Part shown: positions 27,101-41,704 of the stretch, one piece after another | Position numbering within the stretch: position 1 is the stretch's first letter | Layout: each line of letters starts with the position of its first letter | Origin: the human T2T-CHM13v2.0 reference genome, Homo sapiens | Length of the DNA: 64,000 bases | Direction: 5' to 3' (one strand) | NCBI RefSeq assembly: GCF_009914755.1 | Contig: NC_060947.1 | Notes under the pieces: model-generated | Told to the model about the DNA's origin: nothing | Databases searched by the model: none | Seen by the model: only the letters and a program-made list of their open reading frames with translations | Program-made: the position numbers and the translations under genes

Positions 27101-29531
27101 AAACCCTACAGCCCAGAAGAGAGTGGGGGCCAATATTCAACATTCTTAAAGACAAGAATTTGCAACCCATAATTTCCTACCCAGCCAAACTAAGATTCAT
27201 AAGCAAAGGAGAAGTAAAATCCTTTACAGACAAGCATATGCTGAGAGATTTTTTCACCACCAGGCCTGCCTTACAAGAGCTCCTGAAGGAAGTACTAAAT
27301 ATGGAAAGGAAAAACCAGTACCAGCTACTGCAAAAACATACCTAATTGTAAAGACCATTGACACTATGAAGAAACTGCATCAACAAATGGGCAAAATAAC
27401 AAGCTAGCATCATAATGACATGATCAAATTCACACATATCAATATTAATCTTAAATGTAAATGGGCAAAATGCCCCAATTAAAAGACACAGACTAGCAAA
27501 TAGGATAAAGAGTCAAGACCCATCAGTGTGCTGTATTCAGGAGACCCATCTCATGTGCAAAGACACACGTAGGCTCAAAATAAAGGGATGAAGCAATATT
27601 TACCAAGCAAATGGAAAGAAAAAAAAAGCAGGGGTTACAATGCTAGTCTCAGATAAAACAGACTTTAAACCAATAAAGATCAAAAAAGACAAAGAAGGGC
27701 ATTACACCATGGTAAAGGGATCAATGCAACAAGAAGAGCTAACTATCTGAAATACATATGCACCCAATACAGGAGCACCCAGATTCATAAAGCAAGTCCT
27801 TAGAGACCTACAAAGAGACTTAGACTCCCACACAATAATAGTGGGAGACTTTAACATCCCACTGTCAATATTAGACAGATCAACAAGGCAGAAAATTAAC
27901 AAGGATATTCAGGATTTGAACTCAGCTCTGGACCAAGTGGACCTAATAGACATCTACAGAACTCTCCACCCCAAATCCACAGAATATACATACTTCTCAG
28001 CACCTCATTGCACTTATTCTAAAATTGACCACATAATTGGAAGTAAAACACTCCTCAGCAAATGCAAAAGAATGGAAATCATAACAAACAGTCTCTCAGA
28101 CCACAGTGCAATCAAATTAGACCTCAGGATTAAGTAACGCACCGAAAACCGCACAACTACCTGGAAACTGAATAACCTGCTCCTGAATGACTACTGGGTA
28201 AATAACAAAATTAAGGCAGAAATAAATAAGTTCTTTGAAACCAATGAGAACAAAGATATAATGTACCAGAATCTCCGGGACACAGCTAAAGCAGTGTTTA
28301 GAGGGAAATTTATAGCACTAAATGCCCAAAGGAGAAAGCAGGAAAGATCTAAAGTCGACACTCCAACATCAAAATTAAAAGAATTAGAGAAGCAAGAGGA
28401 AACAAATTCAGTAGCTAGCAGAAGACAAGAAATAACTAAGATCAGAGCAGAACTGAAGGATATAAAGAGATGAAAAACCTTTCAAAAAATCAATGAATCC
28501 AGGAGCTGATTTTTTGAAGATTAACAAAATAGATAGACCACTAGCCAGACTAATAAAGGAGAAAAGAGAGAAGAATCAAAGAGACACAATAAAAAATGAT
28601 AAAGGGGAGATCACCACTGGTCACACAGAAATACAAACTACCATCAGAGAATACTATAAACACCTCTATGCAAATAAACTAGAAAATATAGAAGAAATGG
28701 ATAAATTCCTGGACACACACACCCTCCCAAGACTAAACCAGGAAGAAGTCAAATCCCTGAATAGACCGATAACAAGTTCTGAAATTGCGGCAGTAATTAA
28801 TAGCCTACCAACGAAAAAATGCCCAGGACCAGATGGATTTACAGCTGACTTCTACCAGATACCATTCCTTCTGAAACTATTTCAAACAATAGAAAAAGAG
28901 GGACTCCTCCCTAATTCATTTTATGAGGCCAGCATCATCCTGATATGAAAACCTGGCAGAGACACAACAAAAAAAAGAAAATTTCAGGCCAATATCGTTG
29001 ATGAACATCCATGCAAAAATCCTCAATAAAATACTGGCAAACCGAATCCAGCAGCACATCAAAAAGCTTATCCACCACAATCAAGTCAGCTTCAACCCTG
29101 GGATGCAAGGCTGGTTCAACATACACAAATCAATAAATGTAATCCATTACATAAACAAAACCAATGACAAAAACCACACGATTATCTCAACAGATGCAGA
29201 AAAGGCCTTTGATAAAATTCAACACCCCTTCATGCTAAAAACTCCCAATAAGCTAGGTATTGATGGAACGTATCTCAAAATAATAAGAGCTATTTATGAC
29301 AAACCCACAGCCAATATACTGAATGAGCGAAAGCTGGAAGCATTCCCTTTGAAAACTGGCATAAGAAAAGGATGCCCTCTCTCACCACTCCTATTCAACA
29401 TAGTATTGGAAGTTCTGACCAGGGCAATCAGACAAGAGAAAGAAATAAAGGGTATTCAAATAGGAAGAGAGGAAGTCAAATTGTCTCTGTTTGCAGATGA
29501 CATGATTGTATATTTAGAAAACCCAATCATT

Positions 29532-29911
<380 letters not shown>

Positions 29912-30138
29912 TAAAAAATCAATGTGCAAAAATCACAAGCATTCCTATACACCAATATTAGGGAAACAGAGAGCCAAATCATGAGTGAACTCCCATTCAC
30001 AATCACTACAAAGAGAATAGAACACTTAGGAATACAATTACAAGGGATATGAAGGACCTCTTCAAGGAGAACTACAAACCACTGCTCAAGGAAATAAGAG
30101 AGGACACAAACAAATGGAAAAACATTCCATGCTCATGA

Positions 30139-30455
<317 letters not shown>

Positions 30456-32705
30456 GACTTTCTTCACAGAATTATAAAAAACTACTTTTAATTTCATATG
30501 GAACCAAAAAAGAGCCCGTATAGCCAAGACAATCCTAAGCAAAAAGAACAAAGCTGGAGGCTACCTGACTTCAAACTATACTACAAGGCTACAGTAACCA
30601 AAACAGCATGGTACTGGTACCAAAACAGATATATAGGCCAATGGAGCAGAACAGAGGCCTCAGAAATAACACCACATATCTACAACCATCTGATCTTTGA
30701 CAAACCTGACACAAACAAGCAATGGGGAAAGGATGCCCTATTCCATAAATGGTGTTGGGAAAACTGGCTAGCCATGTGCAGAAAACTGAAACTGGACCCC
30801 TTCCTTACACCTTATACAAAAATTAACTCAAGATGGATTAAAGACTTAAATGTAAGACCTACATCCATTAAAAACCCTAGAAGAAAACCTAGGCAATACC
30901 ATTCAGTACATAGGCATGGGCAAAGACTTCATGACTAAAACCCAAAGCAATGGCAACAAAAGCCAAAACTGACAAATGGGATCTAATTCAACTAAAGAGC
31001 TTCTGCACAGCAAAAGATGCTATCGTAAGAGTGAATGGGCAACCTAAAGAATGGGAGAAAATTTTTGCAATGTATCCATCTGACAAAGGACTAATATCCA
31101 GAATCTACAAGGAACTTAAACAAATTTACAAGAAAAAAACAAACAACCCCATCAAAAAGTGGGTGAATGATATAAACAGATACTTCTCAAAAGAAGACAT
31201 TTATGTGGCCAACAAACATATGAAAAAGAGCTCATCATCACTGGTCATTAGAGAAATGCAAATCAAAACCACAATGAGATACCATCTTACACCAGTTAGA
31301 ATGGCAATCATTAAAAAGTCAGGAAACAATAGATGCTGGAGAGGATGTGGAGAAATAGGAATGCTTTTACACTGTTGGTGGCAGTGTAAATTAATTCAAC
31401 CATTGTGGAAGACAGTGTAGCAATTCCTCAAGGATCTAGAGCCAGAAATACCATTTGACCCAGCCATCCCATTACTGGGTATATACCCAAAGGATTATAA
31501 ATCTTTCTACTATAAAGACACATGCACATGTATGTTTATTGCAGCACTATTCACAATAGCAAAGACTTGGAGCCAACCCAAATGCCCATCAACAATCGAC
31601 TGAATAAAGAAAATGTGGCACATATACACCTTGGAATACTATGCAGCCATAAAAAAGGATGAGTTCATGTCCTTTGCAGGGCCATGGATGAAGCTGGAAA
31701 CCATCATTCTCAGCAAACTAACACAGGAACAGAAAACCAAACACCCCATGTTCTCACTAATAAGTGGGAGTTGAACAATGAAACACATGGATGCAAGGAG
31801 GGGAACATCACACACTGGGGCCTGTCGGGGGGTGGAGGGCTAGGGGAGGGATACCTAATATAGATAACGAGTTGATGGGTGCAGCAAACCACCACAGCAC
31901 GTGTATACCTACTTAACAAACCTGCACGTTCTGCACATATAGCCCAGAACTTAAAGTATAATTTAAAAAAAAATCTTTATTTGACTGGTTTGAGGTCAAA
32001 GTATTCACTGAATGGAGACATGATGTTCACTGTTTGTCCGTGATATCTTAAAACACATAGGCCTTCTTAGAACCAAGAGGAATGCCATAAAATTCACTGA
32101 ACATGACACTGAAAGCCTTTGGTTCTAGTACCTTTTCTGTCAGTTCTTAGGCAAGTCAATTCCCCTCTCTGAGTTTCAGTTTCTTCATTTATAATATAAA
32201 AGAGTGGAAATGGAACTAGATTATCTCTAAGGTCCCGTCTAATGGTACGTGATTCTGGGAACAAAATGAAATCTGAGCCCACTTAGAATTTGTCCTCACA
32301 TTCTAGAATCTCAAACTACAGTTCCTAGAAGAGTCACATGCAGGCAGGGTTTTGAAAATAGCAAGCAATTCTGACTGCTTTGTGATGCTAACATTTTGTA
32401 TTATCCAGCCTATGAGCTCTTTTGTGAATAACACTTGATATTGCATGGTGAAAATGATAGAAGCCAAGATGCTCTCAGGCTGGACACTGGCAGCAAATAG
32501 GTTGTAAGTAGAAATACTTGAGGAGAAGAAAGCCAGAGACCAAGGCATTGCTCACACTGGGGAGGCTGAGGTCTTGAGATAAGGCCAGAATATTAATGTT
32601 AGTAGACCCCTAACATTCTCCTGGGTTAGATCTGGAGACCATTGGGAACCCTCAGATTTAAGATTGCCACTTTCATTTCTGTTGTCATATTTGTGTTCCT
32701 CAGGA

Positions 32706-32979
<274 letters not shown>

Positions 32980-33036
32980 TCTTCAGGCCTTTTTGAAATA
33001 AATTAAAGTTCTGGTTTTCCTCTGATTAGTAATTTT

Positions 33037-34029
33037 TTTTTTCCATTTTAGGGCTAAATTTTAATAGAATGTGAGTCTGAACTCTTACATTTAGAACAAA
33101 CAAAACCTAAAAGATACTGATTGATTCAAAATGGATTTATGGAAAAATTAATCTGTAACAAAAAGTTGGCATTGAGTGCAAAGGCTCCACCGTTTTTTGA
33201 GCAAAGCGAACAAAGGTTCCAAGGGACAGGACCAAGAACTAGGGGCTCAGACATTTACAACTGCAGGCATTTTCTCTTCCTCTTCTTCACGGGAGGTGGG
33301 CAGAGGACAGCTCGGATCGCTTCGTCAAACACTGTCTTGAGGCCTCGCCTTGTGAGGGCCAAGCACTCCAGGTATTTTACAGCACCCATCTCCTTAGCCA
33401 TGGCTAGACCCTGCGGATAGGTGATGGGAGTTAGCTTCTTCTCCTTCAGTTTCTGGATCCTGTCTTTATCATCCCTAAGATCAAGTTTAGTTCCCACTAG
33501 GATAATGGGAGTGTTGGGACAGTGGTGCTGCACCTCAGGATACCACTTTGCAAGGACATTTTCAAATGATGCAGGACTCACAAGCGAAAAGCAAATTAAG
33601 AACACATCTGCTTGCGGATAGGATAGGGGGCGTAATCTGTCATAATCTTCTTGTCCAGCTGTATTCCATAAGCCCAGATTCACCAGTTTTCCATCTACCA
33701 TAACATTGGCAGAATAATTGTCAAAGGCAGTAGGGATATCTTCTCCAGGAAATGCGTTGGTTGTGTAACTGATCAGTAGGCAAGTTTTACCTACAGCTCC
33801 GTCTCCCACCACCACACCCTTGATGGCCTGCATCTGGGCCGCTCGCTGGGCCGCAGCTGCTGCGGCAGGCGCTGAGACCGGAAGCGGCGGGCTCGGGGCG
33901 CGGCGGACAGGCGCGAGGCTTGCGGGCGGCGGGGCGCTGGGTGCCAGGGCCTCTGTCTACGCTGCCTTGGCCTCCGCGGACTGGAAGCTGAAGTCTGGCA
34001 GCGGCCACCACCCAAAGCAGAGGAAAACC
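33037..34029 (-). pseudogene. RAC1P4: Full-length processed RAC1 retrocopy (5' UTR, CDS, short 3' UTR, poly(A))
   Basis: Intronless. GC-rich 5' UTR at 33834-34029; ATTAAA at 33060-33065 (minus strand); poly-T ending at 33042. TSD cctctgat(t/g)agtaatttt at 33019-33036 and 34030-34047. The gene symbol is from recall. Confidence 0.93.
33255..33833 (-). CDS. RAC1P4: Intact 192-aa RAC1-like Rho GTPase ORF of the retrocopy; expression unknown
   Basis: ORF track shows [20 protein letters not shown] and polybasic KKRKRK followed by CLQL. There are 14 substitutions versus RAC1 and no stop or frameshift. Confidence 0.6.
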   Translation of the reverse strand: MQAIKGVVVGDGAVGKTCLLISYTTNAFPGEDIPTAFDNYSANVMVDGKLVNLGLWNTAGQEDYDRLRPLSYPQADVFLICFSLVSPASFENVLAKWYPEVQHHCPNTPIILVGTKLDLRDDKDRIQKLKEKKLTPITYPQGLAMAKEMGAVKYLECLALTRRGLKTVFDEAIRAVLCPPPVKKRKRKCLQL

Positions 34030-34360
34030 CCTCTGATGAGTAATTTTATACTGATTTGAACACCTGAAGCAATTGCTTGAATTGGGGTTTCTTGTTGCTG
34101 TCTAAATCACATAACAAACAGACCTGTTTACCATGGAGAGTACAGCCACCACTGATTTTATTATTCCACTCTTTAATTGGCATGAAACTTCTAACATTGA
34201 CAACAACAAAGCCATGTACAGTTATGTATGCTGCACTAGCTCACTGGCTGAACTGCTTAAGATATGGCGTGAATAGATGAAATCATCAAATCCCCGAAGG
34301 CCTAAGGTCTACTGTATTCGGAACCTGCCTCCCTCTGTCCCCTCCACCTCACTTCCCAGC

Positions 34361-34744
34361 TGCTATAGTCTGAATGTGTCCCTTAAAATTCATGTGTTGG
34401 AAACTTAATCACCCCTAATGCAACAGTGTTGGGAGGTGGGACCTTTTGAGAGGTGTTTAGGTCATAAGGGTTCTGCCCTCATAAATAGATTGATGCTACC
34501 ATAAAGGGGGCTTGCAGAGGTGGATTCTCTCCTTTTGCCATGTCAAGACATGGCATTCATCCCATCTGGATGATGGAGCATTCAAGGACCCAGCATGGAA
34601 GCAGAGAAATCAGGCCCTAATCTGCCAGCATCTTCATCTTGCACTTCCCAGCCACAGTGTCTGTGAGAGAATAAATTCCTGTTCTTTATAAATTATCCAG
34701 TCTCAGGTATTCTGTTATAGCAGCACAAAACGGAGACTAAGACA
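34361..34744 (+). mobile_element. MST-family MaLR solo LTR
   Basis: Runs 'tgctatagtctgaatgtgtccc...ggagactaagaca'; 5-bp TSD ccagc/ccaac; AATAAA present. Confidence 0.85.
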
Positions 34745-34854
34745 CCAACTTTATGTGGCCAAGCTGTGGGCTCATAGCTTACGAAGCTGCAGACAGACTA
34801 GCCTGACAGTTCGCAAAGCTAGGTATTTGTGAGCAAGTGCTGTCATTCATCTTG

Positions 34855-35223
34855 AGCCTGCATGATCCAGTACCATGGTCACTAGCCACATGTGGTTATT
34901 GAGCAATTGAAATGTAGCTAATCCAAACTGAGGTATGCTGTAAGTGAGAAATACATACTGGATTTCCAAGACTTGGTACAAAAAAAGAATGCAAGGTATC
35001 TCATTAATAACTTTTATATTGATTACATGTGGAAATGATAACATTTTAGATATACTGGACTAAATATAATATATCATTAAAATTAATTTCAGCTGTTTCT
35101 TTTTACCCTTTTTAATGAGTCTACTATAAAAATGAAAATTATATATGTAGTTCATTTTTTTATTTTTTTATTTTTATTTTTTCATATTTGTAGCTTAAAT
35201 TCTTTTTTTATTGGGCAGCACTG
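34855..35223. mobile_element. MER33 (hAT-Charlie)
   Basis: Motif 'cactagccacatgtggttattgagca...ttgattacatgtggaaatgataacatttt...ttgggcagcactg'. Confidence 0.75.
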
Positions 35224-35347
35224 CCCTAGACTGTTGAGAAATAGTTTCTGACCACATACTCTGTGCCCAGCATTAGAACAGACTGTGGTTTCTTGCTCTT
35301 TGCCTAATCAGAGTCAAGCACAGTACCTGACCTATAAGCAGGTGCTC

Positions 35348-35923
35348 TGTTCAGGAAATGTGGCTCCAAAATATGATGATTTGGTATGTTCATTACTTGG
35401 AACTGAGGGCACTTCGGAAACAGCAGATACAGGCAGAGGTTTTGTCTGAGCCTTATCTGTCTATAAATGGATTCTCCAAAAGGAACTCAATTGTCAAGAA
35501 TCCCCTCCCCTGGAATCTTATTAGCCAGGGAAGATTAACTGGGATCACAGGAGAGGAGACTGGAGGTGGAGACCAAACCCAGATAATGACCTATTCTTCA
35601 GAGGGCTACTCCGAGACAACTTTTATTACCTAAGAGACTTTTTATCTGTGTAACAAGACAACCTTTATTTACCATACATTTCCTCCTCTCACTCTCCCAT
35701 AACTTGTGTTGTCACCATCCCCCCGAAGCCAGAAACCCCTATTCCTTTCTTTACCTTCAATCATCTGACCCTTCCTCAAGTCTTATGTTTTTGTGAGACT
35801 CTTGTGTATATATACAGAATTAAATATGGTTTTTCTTCTGTTAACCCGTCTTGTGTCAATTTAACTTGTTACCCAACCAAGGAACCTAGAAAGGTGGAGG
35901 GAAGCCATTTTTCACTCCCCAGC
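35348..35923 (+). mobile_element. MER34-family ERV1 LTR
   Basis: TG...CA termini, 'ccaaaatatg' start motif and 'ggagggaagccatttttcactcccc' end motif. Confidence 0.65.
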
Positions 35924-36813
35924 ATTGCTTACTCTTGAATGAATGAATGTTCCCTCCAACATTCTAACCCTAGGATACATTGACTTTGGAAGACAGCCAG
36001 GGTGAAATCTCCCTGCTCCTAAGTAGGTCCACCCTGCCATTGCATGGTTGTGAGTGAAAAGAGCTTGGGAAATCACAGGACACCTTACTTCAAGATTCAG
36101 GTGAGCACATTACTCACTTGCTGTGTGACCTTGAGCAAGTCATTGCTCTTCTGACTTTCTTTTCTTCCTCTGTGGAGTAAGGAGGTTGGGCCACAGAGTT
36201 AATCTAGGCTCCTTCCAGTGCTTGTACTCTGAGTCAGTGACTAGAGAGGGGCAGATAAACCTTTAAGAAGAGCTAATATTCCATTATTCAGAATCTCCAC
36301 CATGCCTGCCTCAAGTTCTCTTTTGGCTCCCTTCTGCCTGATTTACTTTTCCTCTTCACCTTTATCTGTTATACTCTGTGCTCTTGCCTATGCCTCTCTT
36401 CCCTGCCCCTCAAGAAATGCCAGTACTGTTTTTCTCTTGCTTTTCCATTGCTCTTCTTCTCCAGTTGTTGGGGATACAAAATGCAGAAGGAAAAATACGT
36501 TCCAATCCTTGAAGTGACTATAGAGTAGCTTTTGGATGGAATAGGACTTCTTGTCCACCTTTGCTTTGGATACTATGGCAGTGGTAAGGAATAGAGATGG
36601 CAAATGGCAGTCCCAAGATTTGGAGTAGTGGTGAGCTAGGACAAAATTCTAGCCCACACAGTTCAAGGCAGCCATTACAATTTCAGCTTCCCTTGCTAAC
36701 ATTTGCTGGTCTGCCGTCACTCTTACAATTTCCCTTAAAATTAGGGGTTCTGCAATGCCAATTTGAAGCATTTGCTCTTCCAGCTGTTAAATGGGAATGA
36801 GAAGTCACTAGCT

Positions 36814-37090
36814 CAGGGGTTACAAACCCAAATGCCCACTCAGGGGCCAGGCACAGAATAGAGAACATGAGCAAAGTAGATGAGTGCAAGACAATAAGGA
36901 ATGGTGGGAGGTGTGGCAAACCAGAGAGTGCTTGTTTTAGCTTAAGGCATTCAAATTCGTCTTCCTTTTTTTGTTTGTTTGTTTGTTTGTTTTAGTTTTT
37001 TCGTTGTTGTTTTGCAGTGCTGACCAAACAAAACACATTTCTAGGCTGAATTTGGCCCATATCCCATAGGCCTCAAAGTTTGCCATTCTG
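36814..37090. mobile_element. MER102-like hAT element
   Basis: Motif 'caggggttacaaacccaaatgccc...caggggccaggca...gtttgccattctg'. Confidence 0.55.
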
Positions 37091-37833
37091 CCTAGCTCAT
37101 CTGTTGTCTAGGTTCTGATTATACACTTTCTAAATTCTACATTTTCTTTCATGATGATGGATGCCATACTAAGACAACTCACTTTAGAACTAGTGGTCTA
37201 TAGTGAAAATTGGAACCCCATCAACATATGCAAACCTTCCCTCTCTCCCCTTACTCTCCATTTCTAGAAACACCCTCATCCCCACTCTGGGGCCTCCATT
37301 CCTTTCATGGGTTGCTTGAGCATTAGTTATGTTTAAACTTCAAACCAAAGCAAAGATTCTTCATGATGTTTGCATCCTTTGAAATCTGATTATATATTGT
37401 CAGCAGATTTTTCCCCCAAATTAAAATACCAGTGCTTATTTACACATAGGCTGGGCCTCTTGATAACTTGGTATTTCTTCTAATGTGCAGGATTACTCTG
37501 AATGCATTCAAACTGTTGTGAAGTTGGAACAATCTCCAAGGACATCTTGCCAAGCCATATCTGCCTCTCTAATGCACTCTTCTACCTGCTGAGGGGAAAG
37601 ATGCCTTTTATACCCAAATGACCTAAATACACAGAATCATCACTTCTCTGTCATCCTGCATTGCCACCCCCAGAAAACAATTAGCATCCTGAAGACAGAG
37701 CCTGTGTCTAAGCCGCCTCTGTAGCCCCAGCACACAGTGCCAGGTCTGGGACATGGCTGGCACTCAAAGTTTTGGAACTGAACTGTCCTTCAGGATAGTT
37801 GTGGAACTGAACTGACTCCTTCTTCTCTAAATA

Positions 37834-38860
37834 CAGTCATATGTCATTTAATGATGGGGATACGTTCTGAGAAGTGCATCATTAGGTGGATTTTCTCATT
37901 GCATGAACATCATAGGGTGTGTGTACACAAACCTAGATGGTATAGCCTACTACACACCTAAGCTAGGTGATATAGCTTATTCCTCCTAGGCTACTAACCT
38001 GTGCAGTGTTAAAATATACCCCTGGCTGACAGACAAAATGGATTCCCTGTGGCTAAAATGAGACACACCAAGATGAAATCAAGCAGCCATAGCAGAGAGA
38101 GGGGTTGGTCACATACCCCTATATTACTGACTGCCATAACATCTTTTCTCCTATAATTGAGCAGAAGCTCACCCTTTAAGAAATTGTCAAAACAGCTATA
38201 ACTGGGAGTTTCCCAACTGATGCTTAGTGGACTGCCCGATGCCAGCTGGCCTGACCCTGCTTTGTGGGCCTGCCAGCAACCCCGATTGGACAGCAGACTG
38301 ACCTTGTAAACCTTCTTTCCTGATAAACAGCACAGACCTCAAGCCAATTTCAGCCGGCAAACAGAGACTGCAAAAAACCTCTTTTATGCCCTGTAATTCA
38401 CATTTTGACATCCTCATCCCCACCCCCCCAAATAAACATAAAATGTATATGTATGTTTGCCTACTACACACGTGCTTGGCTTCCCTCATAAATATTCATA
38501 GATTTTCCCCAAACCTGCTAAATATACATGTGAGGCAGACCTGAAAGACATAAATGCCAGTTTCCCTCTTCCCCCTTTGGAGTGTGTGCTTTTGATTTCC
38601 CTGGAGGCTACATTTCCTGATCTGCAGATTGTCTGTCTGAAAATAAAGTTTTCTCCTATTCCTTTCTCCGTAGATCTCATGGTCATTTGTTAACAACAGC
38701 ATGTTACTGTCCTGAATACTGTAGGTAATTATAACACAATGGTAAATATTTGTGTATTGAAACATAGAAAAGGACAGTAAAAATATGGCATTATAATCTT
38801 ATGGGACCACTGTCAGATATGTAGCCCATCACTGAATAAATGTTATGCAGCGCATGACTG
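37834..38860. mobile_element. Tigger3a-like element split by an LTR
   Basis: Terminal inverted repeats cagtcat...atgactg, with TA on the left; the body continues after 38699. Confidence 0.8.
38007..38695 (+). mobile_element. ERV solo LTR nested in the Tigger
   Basis: tgttaa...ttaaca termini; AATAAA at 38642-38647; 4-bp TSD gcag/acag. Confidence 0.8.
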
Positions 38861-39504
38861 TTGTCATTTTTTCCCATTCATTTATTTACCTAGCACACAT
38901 CCATTACAGATATGTTTTCTGCTATGAAAATGGAAAGTGGGAAATGTTCAAGCAGATTCTTTCCTTGCAATTTTTTCGAAGAAAGGCTTTCATCCTGAGT
39001 ATTGTTTATTGAGTGCCTACTATATGCCAGGCATTGTGCTAGGTACTGAGCACACACTGATGAAATGATATAGTCCTGCTGTTGCAGAGCTTACAATTAA
39101 AAATGGCAAAGGCTGAGCCTTGGTGCAGCTCAGACATCCTTCCATGGCTTCCCATCCTTCTCACTCATCCCTCTTGTGCAGCTTGTACACCTCTGGCCAC
39201 AGCACTTGTTACTCCACATTTTAGTTGCCTGTCTATTTGAAGGTCTTCCAATCTGAACTCTGACCAGCTTATAGGCAAGGACATGCTTTGTTACTACTGC
39301 ACAACCAGGGCATAACACAACCCCCACCAGAGAAGTAACACACAATAAAAGTTTGCTGAATTAGTGGACAAAGAATTGACAATTCTTATTATATGTTGAT
39401 AATGACCAATGAGACTCGAAAGGTATTGGGGTCAGAATAACTTCTTGTTTCATTAGTTTGGAGTAGAAAAGAAAACAGTGGATTACTAGAGGAAAAAAGA
39501 AAGA

Positions 39505-39801
<297 letters not shown>

Positions 39802-41704
39802 GGAGGATCTTGATTCTGGGGTGACCAGGTTCCATGCTAAAATCTGCTCTCATTGCATTCATTTGAGCATTTCATTTTAAGGTGATACTAAACACACTAA
39901 CATTGTTCAGTTGAAAGCCACTACATTTTGCAGGAGTTGATTTGAAGCAGAAATTTAAGAATTTCCTTGGAGTATATTTGTCTCACTCATCCTCTTACAT
40001 ATGTAGAGATAGAATCTAAGTTCACATTTATATTCCTATCCATTTTTCTATCTTCAATTTTCTTCTGCTTGTTAGATTTAAAAAATGCTATTGAACCTGA
40101 AGAAAAATAATGTGGGGGAAACTAAGTGGTCTGAGGTTAGAGCACAGGAGTGATTGCCTGCCAAACATGTACTTTCTGCTTCTTGGATTTGACATTTTTT
40201 TGGCTTGACATTTTTAAAAAGTTAGAATGCAGCTTTTAAATTTAAAGGCAATTGTTAAGGAATTTGAGCAAGAGTTTTCCAGTTGTACTGGTACGAAATG
40301 TCAAGTCCATTTTGATTCCTACAGTTGCTGCAGTTTATTTTTCTACTGCTTTTGTGGCTTCTTTCTCATTCCTTTCTCTGCCTGTTGCACATCTATATTT
40401 TCCAAAATAGCACCCTCCTAATCTCAAATACAAAACACTTAGCATAAGAGACATTTTATGGAGCATCTTACACTTGGAAAAAGTTTGAAGCATCTCCTTT
40501 GTTTTCCCTAACATTTCTTGGGGGAATTGTCTTAAACAAAATGTACCCTAGTCCTATAGCTTTTCATATCTTGGTTCTTTCCTTGTTAACATTTATTTAA
40601 TAAGCTTCTAAAGGTGGATGATTTCACCTGGGCAGTGCAAAATGTCCTGTAAACTACTGCTTGTTTTCTGTCCTGTATGCTTCCTTTTAATTGTTTTTCC
40701 AGAGCCATTGATTTGGGGCTTAGACAAATTTCAGTCAGCATCTGCATCTCCCCAAATGTCTCAGTGTCTGCATTATGCTGCTCTGGTGCTGGGTAATCGT
40801 GACACCCAGGCTCCCCACCTGCGTCCCTGCATGTCCCTTGCACAAAGCATAGAGCCCCCACTGACTTCTAGTGAGAGCACTGCGTGAAAAAGGGAGCCCT
40901 CTGAGTTGAGGTTTGGGGCCTTAGTGGGGAAGCTCCCTCTTCAGTGATCACAACTCACCTCATTAAGCATTCTTTTCTGCCCCATTTTCTCCAGAGAGGA
41001 GGCTTGGGGTCTGTCATGTTGGAGAGCAGCTGAGAATGGTATAGCTTCTGTCTGGACCTGCCCCATGATTCTCCTAGACATCTCAACCGAACCATGGGTT
41101 TGTTCCCACTTGACTGAGTTCCTGTCGTCTGAAGAATACGTTTAAAGGAGCTCAAGTCTGAAGTTCAGTGGTTGGCTTGGCCCCAGTTGACAGGGTGCTC
41201 CTGTTATCAGCAACTGAGAGTGCTTCTGGCCATTCATCTACATCCTTCTCCCTTTTCCTTTCACTGGAATTTTCTTGGTTAGGGGAAATAGGCAGTGTAA
41301 TCATTTTTCCTGTCTGACCTCAACCAGGGGTAAACTAAAAGGACATGAGTCATTTCTAGGGGTATGCAGTGACGCGGTGTTTGTGTGTGTGTGTGCGCAC
41401 GTGTGTGTGTTGGTAGGCTGGGGGCTAGGAGGAGGCAATATAAATCAATCTAAGATTTTCTGGGCTCATATTTTTATTGAAAATCTGAAGAACTAATCAC
41501 CTAGTTACTAACTTTGTTTTCCTCCTGGAGTTCTACAATCAAGGTAAAAACACCTAGCGTGTGTTCAATTTTGTGTCTGATACGGGAGAAAGCTTAGAGG
41601 ACCGAATTTTTTGCCCTTGGTTTCTGACCCATCTTACTTTGATTCCTTGAGTCCTTGGAAGAGTAGTCTATACTTGTAACCTCTACTTTTTTCCTTCACT
41701 CCAT

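Noticed and set aside
33013-34029. 12-bp inverted repeat bracketing the RAC1 retrocopy (ggttttcctctg at 33013-33024, cagaggaaaacc at 34018-34029) as transposon TIRs
   Set aside because: The right copy corresponds to the recalled RAC1 5' UTR start (gttttcctcagctttggg). Poly(A) plus an 18-bp TSD show L1-mediated retroposition, so this is probably coincidence.
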